Assembly (NCBI GenBank): GCA_030141605.1
Contig: JAQGDQ010000467.1
Span: forward strand, 114,579-178,578
Length of the DNA stretch: 64,000 nucleotides
Origin: Tubiluchus corallicola
Taxonomy: Eukaryota > Animalia > Priapulida
Direction of reading: 5' to 3'
Each line of letters starts with the position of its first letter. The first letter of the stretch is position 1. The position numbers were made by a program, and so were the translations under genes. The notes under the pieces are model-generated. The model had not been told where the DNA came from. It searched no databases and was given only the letters and a program-made list of their open reading frames with translations. Positions 10,167 through 25,100 of the stretch are shown here, piece by piece.

Positions 10167-13100
10167 GTAAATAAAGTGCGAGCTTAGCGGCAGTGAGCAG
10201 ATGGAGAGGGAAATCCGAGGCAATAAATTAATTATCATTATACATGGGTCTGATGATTAGGGGTGAGCATCGAACGCTCGAATTCGATTCGAACGAGTTT
10301 TTTTAGTTCGAACTCGATTCGAATCCAAAACTATAGATTCGAATAATTCAGCACTTTAATCACATATGTTCCTGATCACTAAAACAATTGAAACAACATG
10401 CAATTAGCATAATTTAGCTGTGATTTCTGTGCACAATTTTAAACAAATTACTAGTCGTTTCATTGCAGAACAAAATCTAGTGATACACATGATCTTTGTA
10501 AGACTAATTTTTACTGGTGGTTCGAAAACACTGAAGTTCGGTTCGATTCGAATTCGCTTTCTGGTAGAGAATGCTCACCCCTACTGATGACATATCTGAT
10601 AATGATGAGATAGGACATTAATAGTTATTTAAAATGTCGTTAAAATACCGAAGCTCTAAAGACAATTTTTAAACACCTATTGCAGTTCAAATTGTTTCTA
10701 ATTTATAGGTTGGCACCTGGTTTGTGAGATCATAATGTGAGGTAATTTTTTTGCACTTATAGATCAACCTGTTTTGTAACTGTACAAGATAATGAGATGG
10801 ACTGCGCGTTATGGACAAGCCTGTATAGCTTTTAGCTGCACAGTTATGCGAGTTAGTTGATCACAGACAATTTACCTGGTTTCACACTATACAACAGTTT
10901 CAAATTGTTATTTGTGCCTTATAATGTCTTTTCTTTTGGTTTTTCGTTATTGTTATTATTTTTGCATTGTAGGTAGTCCACTAGTTTGTAATTGTACACT
11001 TGCGTGGACAAAAGCTGTTAGCTGGAGGAGCTCTACAATTGACTGCCAGACACCACCGAGAAAGTCTTTTATCAATGAAATTACACTTGAAGAATTTGGC
11101 TGCGAAGAAATGATGGCAGACATGGCAGACACAGAGTCAACAGTGCCTGCAATGACGATGCGAACAAGCACAAATACAATGATGACCTCATCTGCAACAC
11201 CCAGAACGACTTCAATGACTACTGAAGCGTCAACCACAGACCCCATATCAATGACGCCAACATCAGCTGAATTGGCAGACATACCAAAAATGCCCACAAG
11301 TAAAACCGAAGCTGTACCAACTAGAACAGATATGACAGTTGAGCCAACAAGTGGGACTTCGATGGTGGTGTCCACGTCAATATCAACAAGCCAGTCAATG
11401 AGCGACTCTACAACGACTGAAGTGTCAACCGTGGATCCCACATTAATGGCAACAACATCAGCTGAATTGGCAGACATACCAAAAATGCCCACAAGTAAAA
11501 CCGAAGCTGTACCAACTAGAACAGATATGACAGCTGAACCAACAAGTGGGACTTCGATGGTGATGTCCACGTCAATGTCAACAAGCCAGTCAATGAGCGG
11601 CTCTGCAACGACTGAAGTGTCAACCGTGGATCCCACATTAATGACAACAACAGCAGCTGAATTGGCAGACGTACCAAAAATGCCCACAGGTGAAAGCGAA
11701 ACTGCGAAAACTACAACAGACATAACAGTTGAGCCAACAAGTGGGACTTCCATGATGATGATGTCTGCATCAATGTCAACAAGCCAGTCAATGAATGACT
11801 CTACTACGACTGAAGTGTCAACCATGGATCCCACATTAATGGCAACAACAGCAGCTGAATTGGCAGACATACCACAAATGCCCACAGGTAAAAGCGAAAC
11901 TGGGAAAACTACAACAGACATAACAGCTGAACCAACAAGTGGGACTTCCATGATGATGTCTGCATCAATGTCAACAAGCCAGTCAATGAGCGGCTCTGCA
12001 ACGACTGAAGCGTCAACCGTGGATCCCACATTAATGGCAACAACAGCAGCTGAATCTCCAGAAGTATCACAGTCACAGTCTACACATGTACCTGAATCGA
12101 TGTCAATGACTACATCATCAGTAGATGACATGACAGAATTCACAGAAGACTCACCACTGCCAACAACACATGTACCTGAATCAATGTCAATGACTACATC
12201 ATCAGTAGATGACATGACAGAATTCACAGAAGACTCACCACTGCCAACAACACATGTACCTGAATCGATGTCAATGACTACATCATCAGTAGATGACGTG
12301 ACAGAATTCACAGAAGACTCACCACTGCCAACAACAACTATAGACACAACAGCAATGCTCACAACAATGCCAGAGTCTGTTCAAATGGCAGGAATAGGAA
12401 CAACAGCAGTATTGGGGACAGTTAATAATGCAAGCGACATGGAAACTACAGCATCAGAAACAGCTACTTCCATAGTGATGATGATGCCGATATCAACAAA
12501 TCAATCACTGGCTGCATCTACAAGTATGCCAACAAATGAAACTGAAACTATTCCAGCTACAACAGACATGCCAACTGAATCAACAAGAAGGACGTCCATT
12601 ACGATGACTGAATCAACAAGTCAACCAGAGACTGAATCTACAATAATGTCCACAAAAGAAGCTGAAACAGTTCCTGCTACATCAGATGTAACAGTTGAAT
12701 CAACAAGCAGCACTTTTGGTGCATTCCCGACAAGAACAAGCCAATTAGTGGCTGTATCAGCAAGCATGTCTACAACTGAAACCGAAACCGTTCCCACTAC
12801 AGCAAACATGACAGTGGAGCAAACAAGTGGGACTTCCACAATGATGATGCCAACATCGCCGACTCAACTAGTGGGTGCATCTGAAAGTGCAACCACAAGT
12901 GAACCCGAAACTGCTGCAACAGGTGTGACAACCCAGTCAACAATTGGGACTTCGATAATGATGACGACATCATCAACTCAGTCTGTGCCTGCATCTGTGA
13001 GTGTGACTACAAGTGAAACTGAAAGTGCCCCAACTACAACAGGTATGACAGCAAGTCAAACATTCGAGCCTACTCAATCTGTTGAATCAACCACTTCTGA

Positions 13101-16100
13101 TACGATCATGGCATCAACAAGCCAATCAGTGGCTGCATCTACAGGCATGTCCACAAGTGAAACTGAAACAGTTGCTATTACAACAAATGCGACAACTCCA
13201 CCAACAAGCGAGACTTCCATGACGATGACCTCATTAACAAGTCCACAAGAGACAACAATAACGTCCAAAAATGCAAGTGAAACTGTTCCAGTTACAGCAG
13301 ATGTATCGACTGAGCCAACAAGCAGGTCATCCATGACTGTGGCAACATCACCAACTCAATCAGTTGGTGCATCTACAAATGTGACCACAGGTGAACCTGA
13401 AATCATTTCAACTACAACAGGCATGACAACAAGTCAAACATTCGAGCCTACTCAATCTGTTGAATCAACCACTTCCGATACGATCGTGGCATCTACAAGC
13501 ATGTCCACAAGTGAAACTGAAACAGTTGCGATTACAACAAATGTGACAACCCCACCAACAAGCGAGACTTCCATTACGATGACCTCATTAACAAGTCCAC
13601 AAGAGGCAACAATAGCGTCCAAAAATGTAAGTGAAACTGTTCCAATTACAGCGGATGTATCGACTGAGCCAACAAGCAGAACATCCATGACTGTGGCAAC
13701 ATCACCTACTCAATCAGTTGGTGCATCTGCAAATGTGACCACAAGTGAACCTGAAACCATTTCAACTACAACAGAGAGGACAACCCAGCCCACAAGTGGG
13801 ACATCCGAAATGATGATGACGACAACATCACCAACTCAATCAGTTGGTGCATCTACAAATGCGACCACAGGTGAACCTGAAACCATTTCAACTACAACAG
13901 AGAGGACAACCCAGACAACAAGTGGGACATCCATAATGACGATGACAACATCACCAACTCAATCAGTTGGTGCATCTGCAAATGTGACCACAGGTGAACC
14001 TGAAACCATTTCAACTACAACAGAGAGGACAACCCAGCCCACAAGTGGGACATCCAAAATGACGATGACAACATCACCAACTCAATCAGTTGGTGCATCT
14101 ACAAATGTGACCACAGGTGAACCTGAAACCATTTCAACTACAACAGAGAGGACAACAAGTCAAACATTCGAGCCTACTCAATCGTTGAATCAACCACTCG
14201 ATACGATCGTGCATCTACAAATGTCCACAAGTGAAACTGAAACAGTTGCGATTACAACAAATGTGACAACCCCACCAACAAGCGAGACTTCCATGACGAT
14301 GACCTCATTAACAAGTCCACAAGAGGCAACAATGCGTCCAAAAATGTAAGTGAAACTGTTCCAATTACAGCAGATGTACGACCGAGCCAACAAGCAGAAC
14401 ATCCATGACTGTGGCAACATCACCTACTCAATCAGTTGGTGCATCTGCAAATGTGACCACAAGTGAACCTGAAACCATTTCAACTACAACAGAGAGGACA
14501 ACCCAGCCCACAAGTGGGACATCCGAAATGATGATGACGACAACATCACCAACTCAATCAGTTGGTGCATCTACAAATGCGACCACAGGTGAACCTGAAA
14601 CCATTTCAACTACAACAGAGAGGACAACCCAGTCAACAAGTGGGACATCCATAATGACGATGACAACATCACCAACTCAATCAGTTGCTGCATCTACAAA
14701 TGTGACCATAAGTGAACCTGAAACCATTTCAACTTCAACAGAGAGGACAACCCAGCCAACAAGTGGGACATCCAAAATGATGATGACAACATCACCAACT
14801 CAATCAGTTGGTGCATCTACAAATGTGACCACAGGTGAACCTGAAATCATTTCAACTACAACAGGCATGACAACAAGTCAAACATTCGAGCCTACTCAAT
14901 CTGTTGAATCAACCACTTCCGATACGATCGTGGCATCTACAAGCATGTCCACAAGTGAAACTGAAACAGTTGCGATTACAACAAATGTGACAACCCCACC
15001 AACAAGCGAGACTTCCATTACGATGACCTCATTAACAAGTCCACAAGAGGCAACAATAGCGTCCAAAAATGTAAGTGAAACTGTTCCAATTACAGCGGAT
15101 GTATCGACTGAGCCAACAAGCAGAACATCCATGACTGTGGCAACATCACCTACTCAATCAGTTGGTGCATCTGCAAATGTGACCACAAGTGAACCTGAAA
15201 CCATTTCAACTACAACAGAGAGGACAACCCAGCCCACAAGTGGGACATCCGAAATGATGATGACGACAACATCACCAACTCAATCAGTTGGTGCATCTAC
15301 AAATGCGACCACAGGTGAACCTGAAACCATTTCAACTACAACAGAGAGGACAACCCAGTCAACAAGTGGGACATCCATAATGACGATGACAACATCACCA
15401 ACTCAATCAGTTGGTGCATCTGCAAATGTGACCACAGGTGAACCTGAAACCATTTCAACTACAACAGAGAGGACAACCCAGCCAACAAGTGGGACATCCA
15501 AAATGACGATGACAACATCACCAACTCAATCAGTTGGTGCATCTACAGATGTGACCACAGGTGAACCTGAAACCATTTCAACTACAACAGAGAGGACAAC
15601 CCAGCCAACAAGTGGGACATCCAAAATGACGATGACAACATCACCAACTCAATCAGTTGGTGCATCTACAGATGCGACCACAGGTGAACCTGAAACCATT
15701 TCAACTACAACAGAGAGGACAACCCAGCCCACAAGTGGGACATCCAAAATGACGATGACAACATCACCAACTCAATCAGTTGGTGCATCTACAAATGTGA
15801 CCACAAGTGAACCCGAAACTGTTCCAACTACAACAGAGAGGACAACCCAGCCAACAAGTGGGACATCCAAAATGACGATGACAACATCACCAACTCAATC
15901 AGTTGGTGCATCTACAGATGTGACCACAGGTGAACCTGAAACCATTTCAACTACAACAGAGAGGACAACCCAGCCAACAAGCAGAACATCCATGACTGTG
16001 GCAACATCACCAACTCAATCAGTTGGTGCATCTACAGATGTGACCACAGGTGAACCTGAAACCATTTCAACTACAACAGAGAGGACAACCCAGCCAACAA

Positions 16101-19100
16101 GCAGAACATCCATGACTGTGGCAACATCACCAACTCAATCAGTTGGTGCATCAACAGATGTGACCACAGGTGAACCTGAAACCATTTCAACTACAACAGA
16201 GAGGACAACCCAGCCAACAAGTGGGACATCCATGATGATGACGACAACATCACCAACTCAATCAGTTGCTGCATCTACAAATGTGACCATAAGTGAACCT
16301 GAAACCATTTCAACTTCAACAGAGAGGACAACCCAGCCAACAAGTGGGACATCCATGATGATGACGACAACATCACCAACTCAATCAGTTGCTGCATCTA
16401 CAAATGTGACCATAAGTGAACCTGAAACCATTTCAACTTCAACAGAGAGGACAACCCAGCCAACAAGTGGGACATCCAAAATGACGATGACAACATCACC
16501 AACTCAATCAGTTGGTGCATCTGCAAATGTGACCACAGGTGAACCTGAAACCATTTCAACTACAACAGAGAGGACAACCCAGCCAACAAGTGGGACGATG
16601 ACAACATTACCAGCTCTGTCTGCAGGTGTGACCACAAGTAAAACTGAAAGTTCTCCAACTACTACAGACGAGATAACAAGTCAAACATCCGAGCGTACTA
16701 GATCGGATGAATCAACCTCAAATACCACTACAGCAAGTACAGCATCAACGGCTACTGCACTAAAACCAACCTGTGAACACTTGACAAACAAATGTGATTT
16801 GCAAACTTCTTCTGCCTTGTGCTTTGCTGAGTGTGGTCTACACCAAACGGCTGCTGGTAGAATAGAGGCCCAGTATTGTGGACCATTTTTAGGGCCTTTG
16901 AATGACTGTAATTACGCACCATTTAGTCCATGTCAGATAACTTGTGGCCTTTCTAACTCTGTACTTCATACAGAATCGATCTTGGGAGTCATTTCCAAGT
17001 ATCTACCAGATCCTCTTGCAGCATTTGTTATTTATAAGTACAATAGTACACGGCTGCCTTTAAACTTTCTCATTGGCAAAAACATTGTCGGTTTAAAATT
17101 TAGCAACACAGGACTTGAACATCTAGGCGAAAGTGTCATTCATGGTGATGTACAACTACTGTTTTTTGATGGCAACTTTGGCTTGACGTCTATCAATCCA
17201 AAAGCGTTTTCAAGACTTGAAGCTCTCAAGAGGATCAGCATTACCAACAGTGCGTCATTAGTAAAGATCGGTTTGGACTTGACCAATAATCCTGTTATTG
17301 AAAAAATTACAATCCGTCACACAAACATATCGAAGATGGAGATGCCAATTTTACATCCAGAAACATCTCCAAATAAAATTGCCCTAACGTTAACAGGTGA
17401 GTTTTCTTTTCTTTAAATATGTCTTTAACATTTCGCTCCCGTCAAACAAGTATATGAAGTTCTTGTCACTCCTAGAAGCATCTGGAACGTTCCTTCACCG
17501 ACAATAATTACCTCACGAGCTACAGTACAAGTTCTTATTATTTGGTTGTAATTAATCACTAATTGGCTGTCAGTATAACTGTTTATCAGAAACCTATAAT
17601 TGGCTCTTATTGGAAACGAAGATTTTTCAAACGTATAATCCTTTACTGTAACCAACTTGCATCTTTGCAGATGCAGTTACCATGCTCATACATTTGTAAA
17701 GTCTCCCATGATTAGTTCTCGTAACATCTTGGGTAAGTAGGCCTATTCTTCAAAAGTCAACCACATGCACTCCGATTCGGTACTACTCGGATGAAAATGC
17801 AAAATTAGATACAATAATAACATCACAAATTATGCACAACATTTCTGTCTTTTGCTAGTTTCATGCTGTCGTTAATTGTATTTAATTAATAAGTTAATAT
17901 TCATGTTTTAGGTGTTTGGAGAATATAGTAATTTATGGAAAATCTCTTGTCATCTAACTGTAAAAGAGACCTTTTTTGTTATTTTTCTAGATAATCCATT
18001 CATATGTGATTGTGATCTGGCGTGGACCAAGTCTAGAAACTGGTTGGTTTCTGCAATTGACTGTGCAGAGCCACCTAGGAAACATGGTGTGAACGAAATA
18101 ACGTTGGCAGAATTTGGGTGTGACGGAATGATAAAAGACGTCTTAGCAATATTTCCAAATCAGACTTCTGAGCCAACACGAGGAAGCACCATGATGACAC
18201 AAACCACAGGAACAACTACAGCAACTACTGTTACGGCATCCATGAGTGTAGCACAAGGTGCACCAATGTCGAAACCGATATGCGAACATTTGACGGATCA
18301 GTGTGACTTAATGGCTGCCTCTTCCCTGTGCTTTGCTGAGTGTGGCTTACAATTGAAATCTAGCGGTAGAATAGAACCTCAGTATTGTGGACCATTTTTA
18401 GGCGCCTCGTACGATTGTAATTATGAATCATTTAGTCCTTGCAAGATAACTTGTGGCCTACCTAACAACAGAGTGCTTTCAGCATCAAACTTGGATGCCA
18501 TGACCAAGTATCTGCCAGACTCTCTTGCGGTGTTTGTTATTTTTAACTACCAAAGTACACGGCTACCTTTACAATTTCTTGATGGCAAAAATATAGTCGG
18601 GTTAACAATTGCTAATAGTGGACTTGAATTTCTTGGAGAAAATGACATTCATGGTGATATCAAATTGCTTTTTCTTACGGGAAACTCCAACTTGACGTCC
18701 ATCCACCCGCGTGCATTTTCTCAACTTGGAGGTCTTACGAGACTGAGCATTACCAACAGTGTATCATTAGTAAGAGCCAACTTGGATTTAACTGACAACC
18801 CAGCTATTGAAATCATCGATATTCGTGGCACAATGATATCGAGAATGACGATGCCACTTTTCCATCCAGATACTTCATCGGCCAGAACAGCACTCACATT
18901 AACAGGTACGTTTAAAGATTTTGTCTTACTTCTGCAAAGCAATGCCATGTTCAGATGGTGCAACATTTTTGTTGCATCAAATTACATCAATCTTTAATTT
19001 CGTTATTAGTATCAAATTAGTTCTCAGTCTCGACACCAATGTTAAGTAGCCTAATGGTCACCTGTAATCTATAAGTCTCTAGTACAAATCCAGGTTTGAT

Positions 19101-22100
19101 CACTCTCAAAATTCAGCAATCGTGGTTTCAATATTCCTTGACAACTACACTGAATGACAGTGATAGCTGCTTAAAGTGTTAGATTCTTTAGATGTGTGAG
19201 TTTCAATAGTGAAAACGTTATGCTGTATGCAATCTCACCCTCCTCGTTTTTTAACAAGTAACTGAGCAGACTTTTTCTAGTTAGCTGAGTTAAAGATATA
19301 TAGATTTTTTCGAAATTTCGGTCAAACAGCCTGCAGAAAAAACGTTCTAGCGGCGCCCGGTGGGACTTTCGGAAGGAGATATATAGCTCTTTAGAAAGAG
19401 GAAGAACAGGGCTACACGATAATGTAGGCTATATGTTAGGATAGGTCCACTGAGAGGAGTGAGGACGAGTTAATTTGATGTTCTATTTTTGGCAATTTTC
19501 GCTTAGAAAACTGCTGACGCAAAGCCATTGTTGTGACGTCATCCATTATACTCTGTCTATATTATAAATTTATAGCTGTAATTCAGTAAAAGCTGCCGCT
19601 GCTGCCTTTGCGTTAGATAAACACACAAACACTAGGTAGAATGTTCGCGTATTTTTGATTATGAATATTTTTATATGCAAAATTTTTTGCGGGGCCTTTG
19701 CTAGTTTTATATTGATTCTGGCAATTTGAAATGCAATGTCATCTATGAAAATATATCATTTCTCTTTTTCCTTAAATAACCTGCACGAGATCACTAGTTG
19801 GATGGCGAAGGAATGAAAAACAGTTGAAAACAATACTTAATGAGTTGATGCTGTCATTAAAGAAGCAACGAAACAATTTTATGACTGACATGACTCGTAC
19901 GTAAATCCACATATTGGTCAGCAGGGACAGATTGATCGAATGACGCCTAAGTGTCCAGGGTGTGCCCAACTCTTAATGAGCCGTTTTATTATTCTGTTAA
20001 ATGTGACTTGGTTGCAAATATGCTAACATTGACACAAATAATACAATTTTCTTCTCTCATTCAACATGCATTTACTAATATCGCAACTGCTGCATGTATT
20101 TATTCGAAACTAATACAATTTCCTTCTCTCATTCAACACGCATTTACTAATATCGCAACTGCTGCATGTATTTATTCGAAACTAATACAATTTTCTTCTC
20201 TCATTCAACACGCATTTACTAATATCGCAACTGCTGCATGTATTTATTCGAAACTAATACAATTTTCTTCTCTCATTCAACACGCATTTACTAATATCGC
20301 AACTGCTGCATGTATTTATTCGAAACTAATACAATTTTCTTCTCTCATTCAACACGCATTTACTAATATCGCAAATGCTGCATGTATTTATTCGAAAATA
20401 AAGGAAAACATGTGCAACTTAATTATCTCACCTACGTAGTCTATAAAAAAGACTAAAGTGCACGAAATACGATTATTTCCACGGTATTGACCTAGACTCA
20501 AACGGGAGACCTTGCAACACTTCTCCCTCTAATCCGTCCTGAAAATACCTGCAATCCCTGTTAACAATTTTCTTTCAATTCTCCCTTGGCAGTCAGTCCT
20601 ACCTGCTATCGATTAATTAATGTTTATAATACTTGTCAACAATAATGGTTCCAATCCTTGTATGGAGTAAAAGTGTAGATAATTTTGAATTGCTTTTGTT
20701 TTTGTAGATAATCCATTCATATGTGATTGTGATTTGTCATGGACCAAGTTTAGAAGCTGGTTAGTTTCTGAGATTGACTGTGCAGAGCCACCTAGGAAAC
20801 ATGGTGTGAATGACATAACGTTGGAAGAATTTGGGTGTGATCGAATGTCATCAGAAGTCACAGCAGCCTCTGCAAGTCCAGTTTCTGGGCCTACAGGAGC
20901 AGTAACTGAAACAGTGAGAATCAGTGAAGCAATGCCTACAGTTTCTTTGGAATCTTCGGGAGAAACAACCACTGCGGCTGCTGCAAAACCAGTATGTGAA
21001 CACTTGACAGACCAATGCAATTTACAGTTTGCTTTTAGCCCTTGTTATGCTGAATGTGGCCTACGCTTAATTGCAACAGGAAATATAGCGCCTCAGTACT
21101 GTGGACCATTTCTAGGCCCGCTAAATGACTGCAATTATGAACAAGTTGGTCCATGTAAGATAACCTGTGGGTTACTGAACTCTGGCACAATTACGGAATC
21201 GACTTTACAAATGATATCCAATTATCTACCAGATTCTCTTGCTGTGCTTGTTATTAATAATTATGAAAGTGCCCGATTGCCTCCACGGTTTCTTGATGGC
21301 AAAAATATAGTCGGGTTAACAATTGCCAATACTGAACTTGAGTCTCTAGGAGAAAACGCAATTTATGGTGGCATAAAATTTCTCTTTCTTACGGGCAACT
21401 CCAACTTGATGTCCATCCACCCTCGTGCATTTTCGCAACTTGGAGGTCTTACGAGAATGAGCATTACCAACAGTGTATCATTGGTAAGAGCCAACTTGGA
21501 TTTAACTGACAACCCAGCTATTGAAAAGATCGACATTCGTGGCTCAATGATATCGAGGATGTCGATGCCACTCTTGCATCCAGACACATTAGCAAGCAGA
21601 ACAGCACTGACATTAACAGGTAAGTTTGTTCATCATATCAGTAGGATCAGTTTTCAATGTTGATACCAATGCTAGCTGAGTAGTCTAGTGGTAATTGCAG
21701 CAGACTTGTATCTCAAAGTCTATGGTTCAACATAAACCAACTTTTTCAGTTTCTTTCATTTTGGAAAAGTTTGGCTCCAAAATTCAGTAAATGTCTATTG
21801 ATGTTTGATCACAGCTGCATAGAATATTGCATAATGATGTGTCGCAGCAGTAAATAATAATTACTACTACGTAGAGTGTTCTATCCTCTGTTTCTGCATA
21901 TGAGTTTCAGTAATGGAAAATGGACCTTTACTTTATCTTAAATAGCCAGTTCAAGTTGACTGTATTGTTCTGCATCTGAATCTATCATGGCGCCATCAAT
22001 ACACTGCCACTGTCTGACGTAACAGGACATGTTTCACAGGTGACAGTCACACTGTTAAATGCTGGTGGAATGAACTGAGTAGAGAATTGTACTAGAAGTA

Positions 22101-25100
22101 TCAGATAGGCAGCTTTAAAAAGAAAAGAAACAAAAAGTTTACATGCATGCAGGCCCCTATATAAATCCTTTTTGGCAAATTGGAAGTTACTGCAAAGTAG
22201 CCGTAAAGGTATGCATTTAGTATGATCGGACTTAAAATGCTTGTGACGGGAACACAAAAGAATTTCCTTCATAGCATATGGTGTTCTCAGAAATCTTTAT
22301 TTCTGTATAAATAAAAAAATGAAAATAATAAATTTGACTACTTTTCGCTGCTTACAAATGTATAATGATCTAATTATTATAATTCAAGATAATAAAGTAA
22401 ATATTACTCACATCGTGCGGCTATAATAACTTAATAGATCCTTGGAACGTCATACTGGTTTACAGCAAATCAGGTAAAGACGCTACAAATAATCACTTGA
22501 ACATTTATCTGAACATTATTTAACGTTTGCTGAGGCTTCTCTGAGCGTGTTTAGTGAGGCTCAACCTAATTTACAACTTCACAGGTAAAATTACAGGTAA
22601 GTTCACATAGGTGCTGCCACCTACATGTTAAGGCCAGAAACTGACCTTAACAATGCTGAACAGACTAATGTGTGAGAAAATAGTTAATTTGGTTTTTGTA
22701 TTTTCACAGATAATCCATTCATATGCGATTGTAATCTGGCATGGACCAAGTCAAGGAACTGGTTAGTTTCTGCGATTGACTGTGCAGAGCCACCTAGGAA
22801 ACACGGTGTGAATGGCATAACATTGGAAGAATTCGGGTGTGATCGAATGGTATCAGAAGTCACAACAATCTCTACAAATCGAATTGCTGAGCCTATAACA
22901 ACAGTAACTGCTACAGTGAGACCCAGTGAAACAATGTCTACAGTATCCATGGAATCTTCAGGTGCAACAACCAGCAATGCTGTTATAAAACCAGGATGTG
23001 AACATTTGACAGACCAATGTAATTTACAGCTTGTGTTCAGCCCTTGTAATGTTGAATGTGGGCTGCGCTTAACTGCTAGTGGGAGTATAGCGCCTCGCTA
23101 CTGTGGACCATTTCTAGGCCCCCTAAGTGACTGTAATTATGAACAATTCGGCCCTTGTAAGATAACCTGTGGTTTGCCCAACTCTGGCGCAATTACGGAA
23201 TCGACTTTGCAAGTCGTATCCAATCATCTACCAGATTCTCTTGCTGTGCTTGTTATTAACAATTATGAAAGTACCAAACTGCCTCCACGGTTTCTTGATG
23301 GCAAAGAGGTAGTCGGTTTAACAATTGCTAATACTGCACTTGAATCTCTGGGAGAAAATGCTATTTATGGAGACATTAAATTTCTCTTTTTGTATGGTAA
23401 CTCCAACTTGATGTCCATCCACCCGCGTGCATTTTCGCAACTTGGAGGTCTTACGAGAATGAGCATTACCAACAGTGTATCATTGGTAAGAGCCAACTTG
23501 GATTTAACTGACAACCCAGCTATTGAAAAGATCGACATTCGTGGCTCAATGATGTCGAGGATGTCGATGCCACTCTTGCATCCAGACACATTAGCAAGCA
23601 GAACAGCACTGATATTAACAGGTAAGCTTGTTCGTCGTAACAGCATGAAAAATTTTCGATCTTGACACTGATACAGAGTAGTCTAGTGGTCATGGTATTA
23701 GACTTGCAACTCAAAGTCTTTGATTCAGCTTAAACCTGGATCAGTCTCGACTTTTTTCTATTAAGTTTTTTAAAGCACAACTGGACCCAATCTTTAACTG
23801 TAGGTCAAAACACACTACTCTTGAAAATATTGAAAGGAAACATACTATTTTTTTCAAAAATGACGTACGTGAAAGAATTATTTCCACACAAACACAATTT
23901 CACATGGGCGCTACTAGTTCTTCACTGTTTGCATTTCGCCACTAAGTAAGACGGGCATTAGCACATGCATTTTTAAAGTGCATTGCACAAAAAGCAGGTG
24001 CTGTACCTAACAGTTGAGATGTGTTAGTACAGTGGTAAATTTGAAATTTGAATTTTTATCTTAAAACTTGCCTAGATTTAATACAAAAAACCAAATATTT
24101 TCCAGTATAAACTGCAGGTCAAAACACACTACTCTTCAAAATATTGAAAGGAAACATACTATTTTTTTCAAAAATGGCGCACGTGAAAGAATTATTTCCA
24201 CACAAACACAATTTCACGTGCGCGCTACTAGTTCTTCACTGTTACATGCATTTCGCCACTTAGTAAGACGGGCATTAGCACCTGCATTTTTAAAATGCAT
24301 TGCGCAAAAAACAGGTGCTGTACCTAACAGTTGAGATGTGTTAGTGTCGGACAAACTACACACGCTCAACAGTTCATGCGTGAGTACAGTGGTAAATTTG
24401 AAATTTAAATTTTTATCTTAAAACTTGCCTAGTTTTAGTACAACAAACCAAGTGTTTTCCAGTAGCACTGTACTTTAATTTTCGCTTTCGCAGACACGTG
24501 CAATACGCTAGTGGAATATTTTTGATGTTGAAAATTATATTAGCTTGTGATGTCATCAATAGTTGGGTTCGCCCGCCGTTAATTAAGTTTTTTCTACTTT
24601 GTAATTATCAGAAACGCTTTTGCAGTATTAATTGTGTTAAAATGCATGCTTTTTAGCGGACTTGAAAATGGGATAGTATATGAAAAATCATCCTGTCTTT
24701 CGTCAAATGTGTGTTCATAATTCAAGTCACTGAATGTTGTATAACAATGTGTGGCAGTAATAGCTAATAGCAGTAGTACTATCCGCCTGTAAAAACTGCG
24801 ACAAAACCTTCTGAAATGAGTAAGTCCACAAAGAAATGGTCAGACCCGCTCTAATGTATGGGCTGGAAACTACAGACACATAAGTAGCATGACTGCTGCA
24901 CTGAACACTGAGAGTGGGAGTGACTAGCAAGGAAAAACAGTCAGTATATATAGGTATAGGTGACCTATGCAGACTTGCACAGGCTTCACAATAACCATTA
25001 CTTTTAGAGGAGAGGACCAGTGAATATGCATTCACTGGACCATACAATTATACTGAAAGTAAGTCAGCTGGTAGAATGTAACAGGATTAGCACATAGATG

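Noticed and set aside
10956-15132. Minus-strand Val/Ser-rich ORFs (468 aa and shorter)
   Set aside because: Antisense shadows of the ACA/TCA-rich mucin exon.
24826-24880. Extra exon encoding KEMVRPALMYGLET in intron 5
   Set aside because: Resembles a short remnant of an RTE reverse transcriptase C-terminal region, without fitting splice sites.
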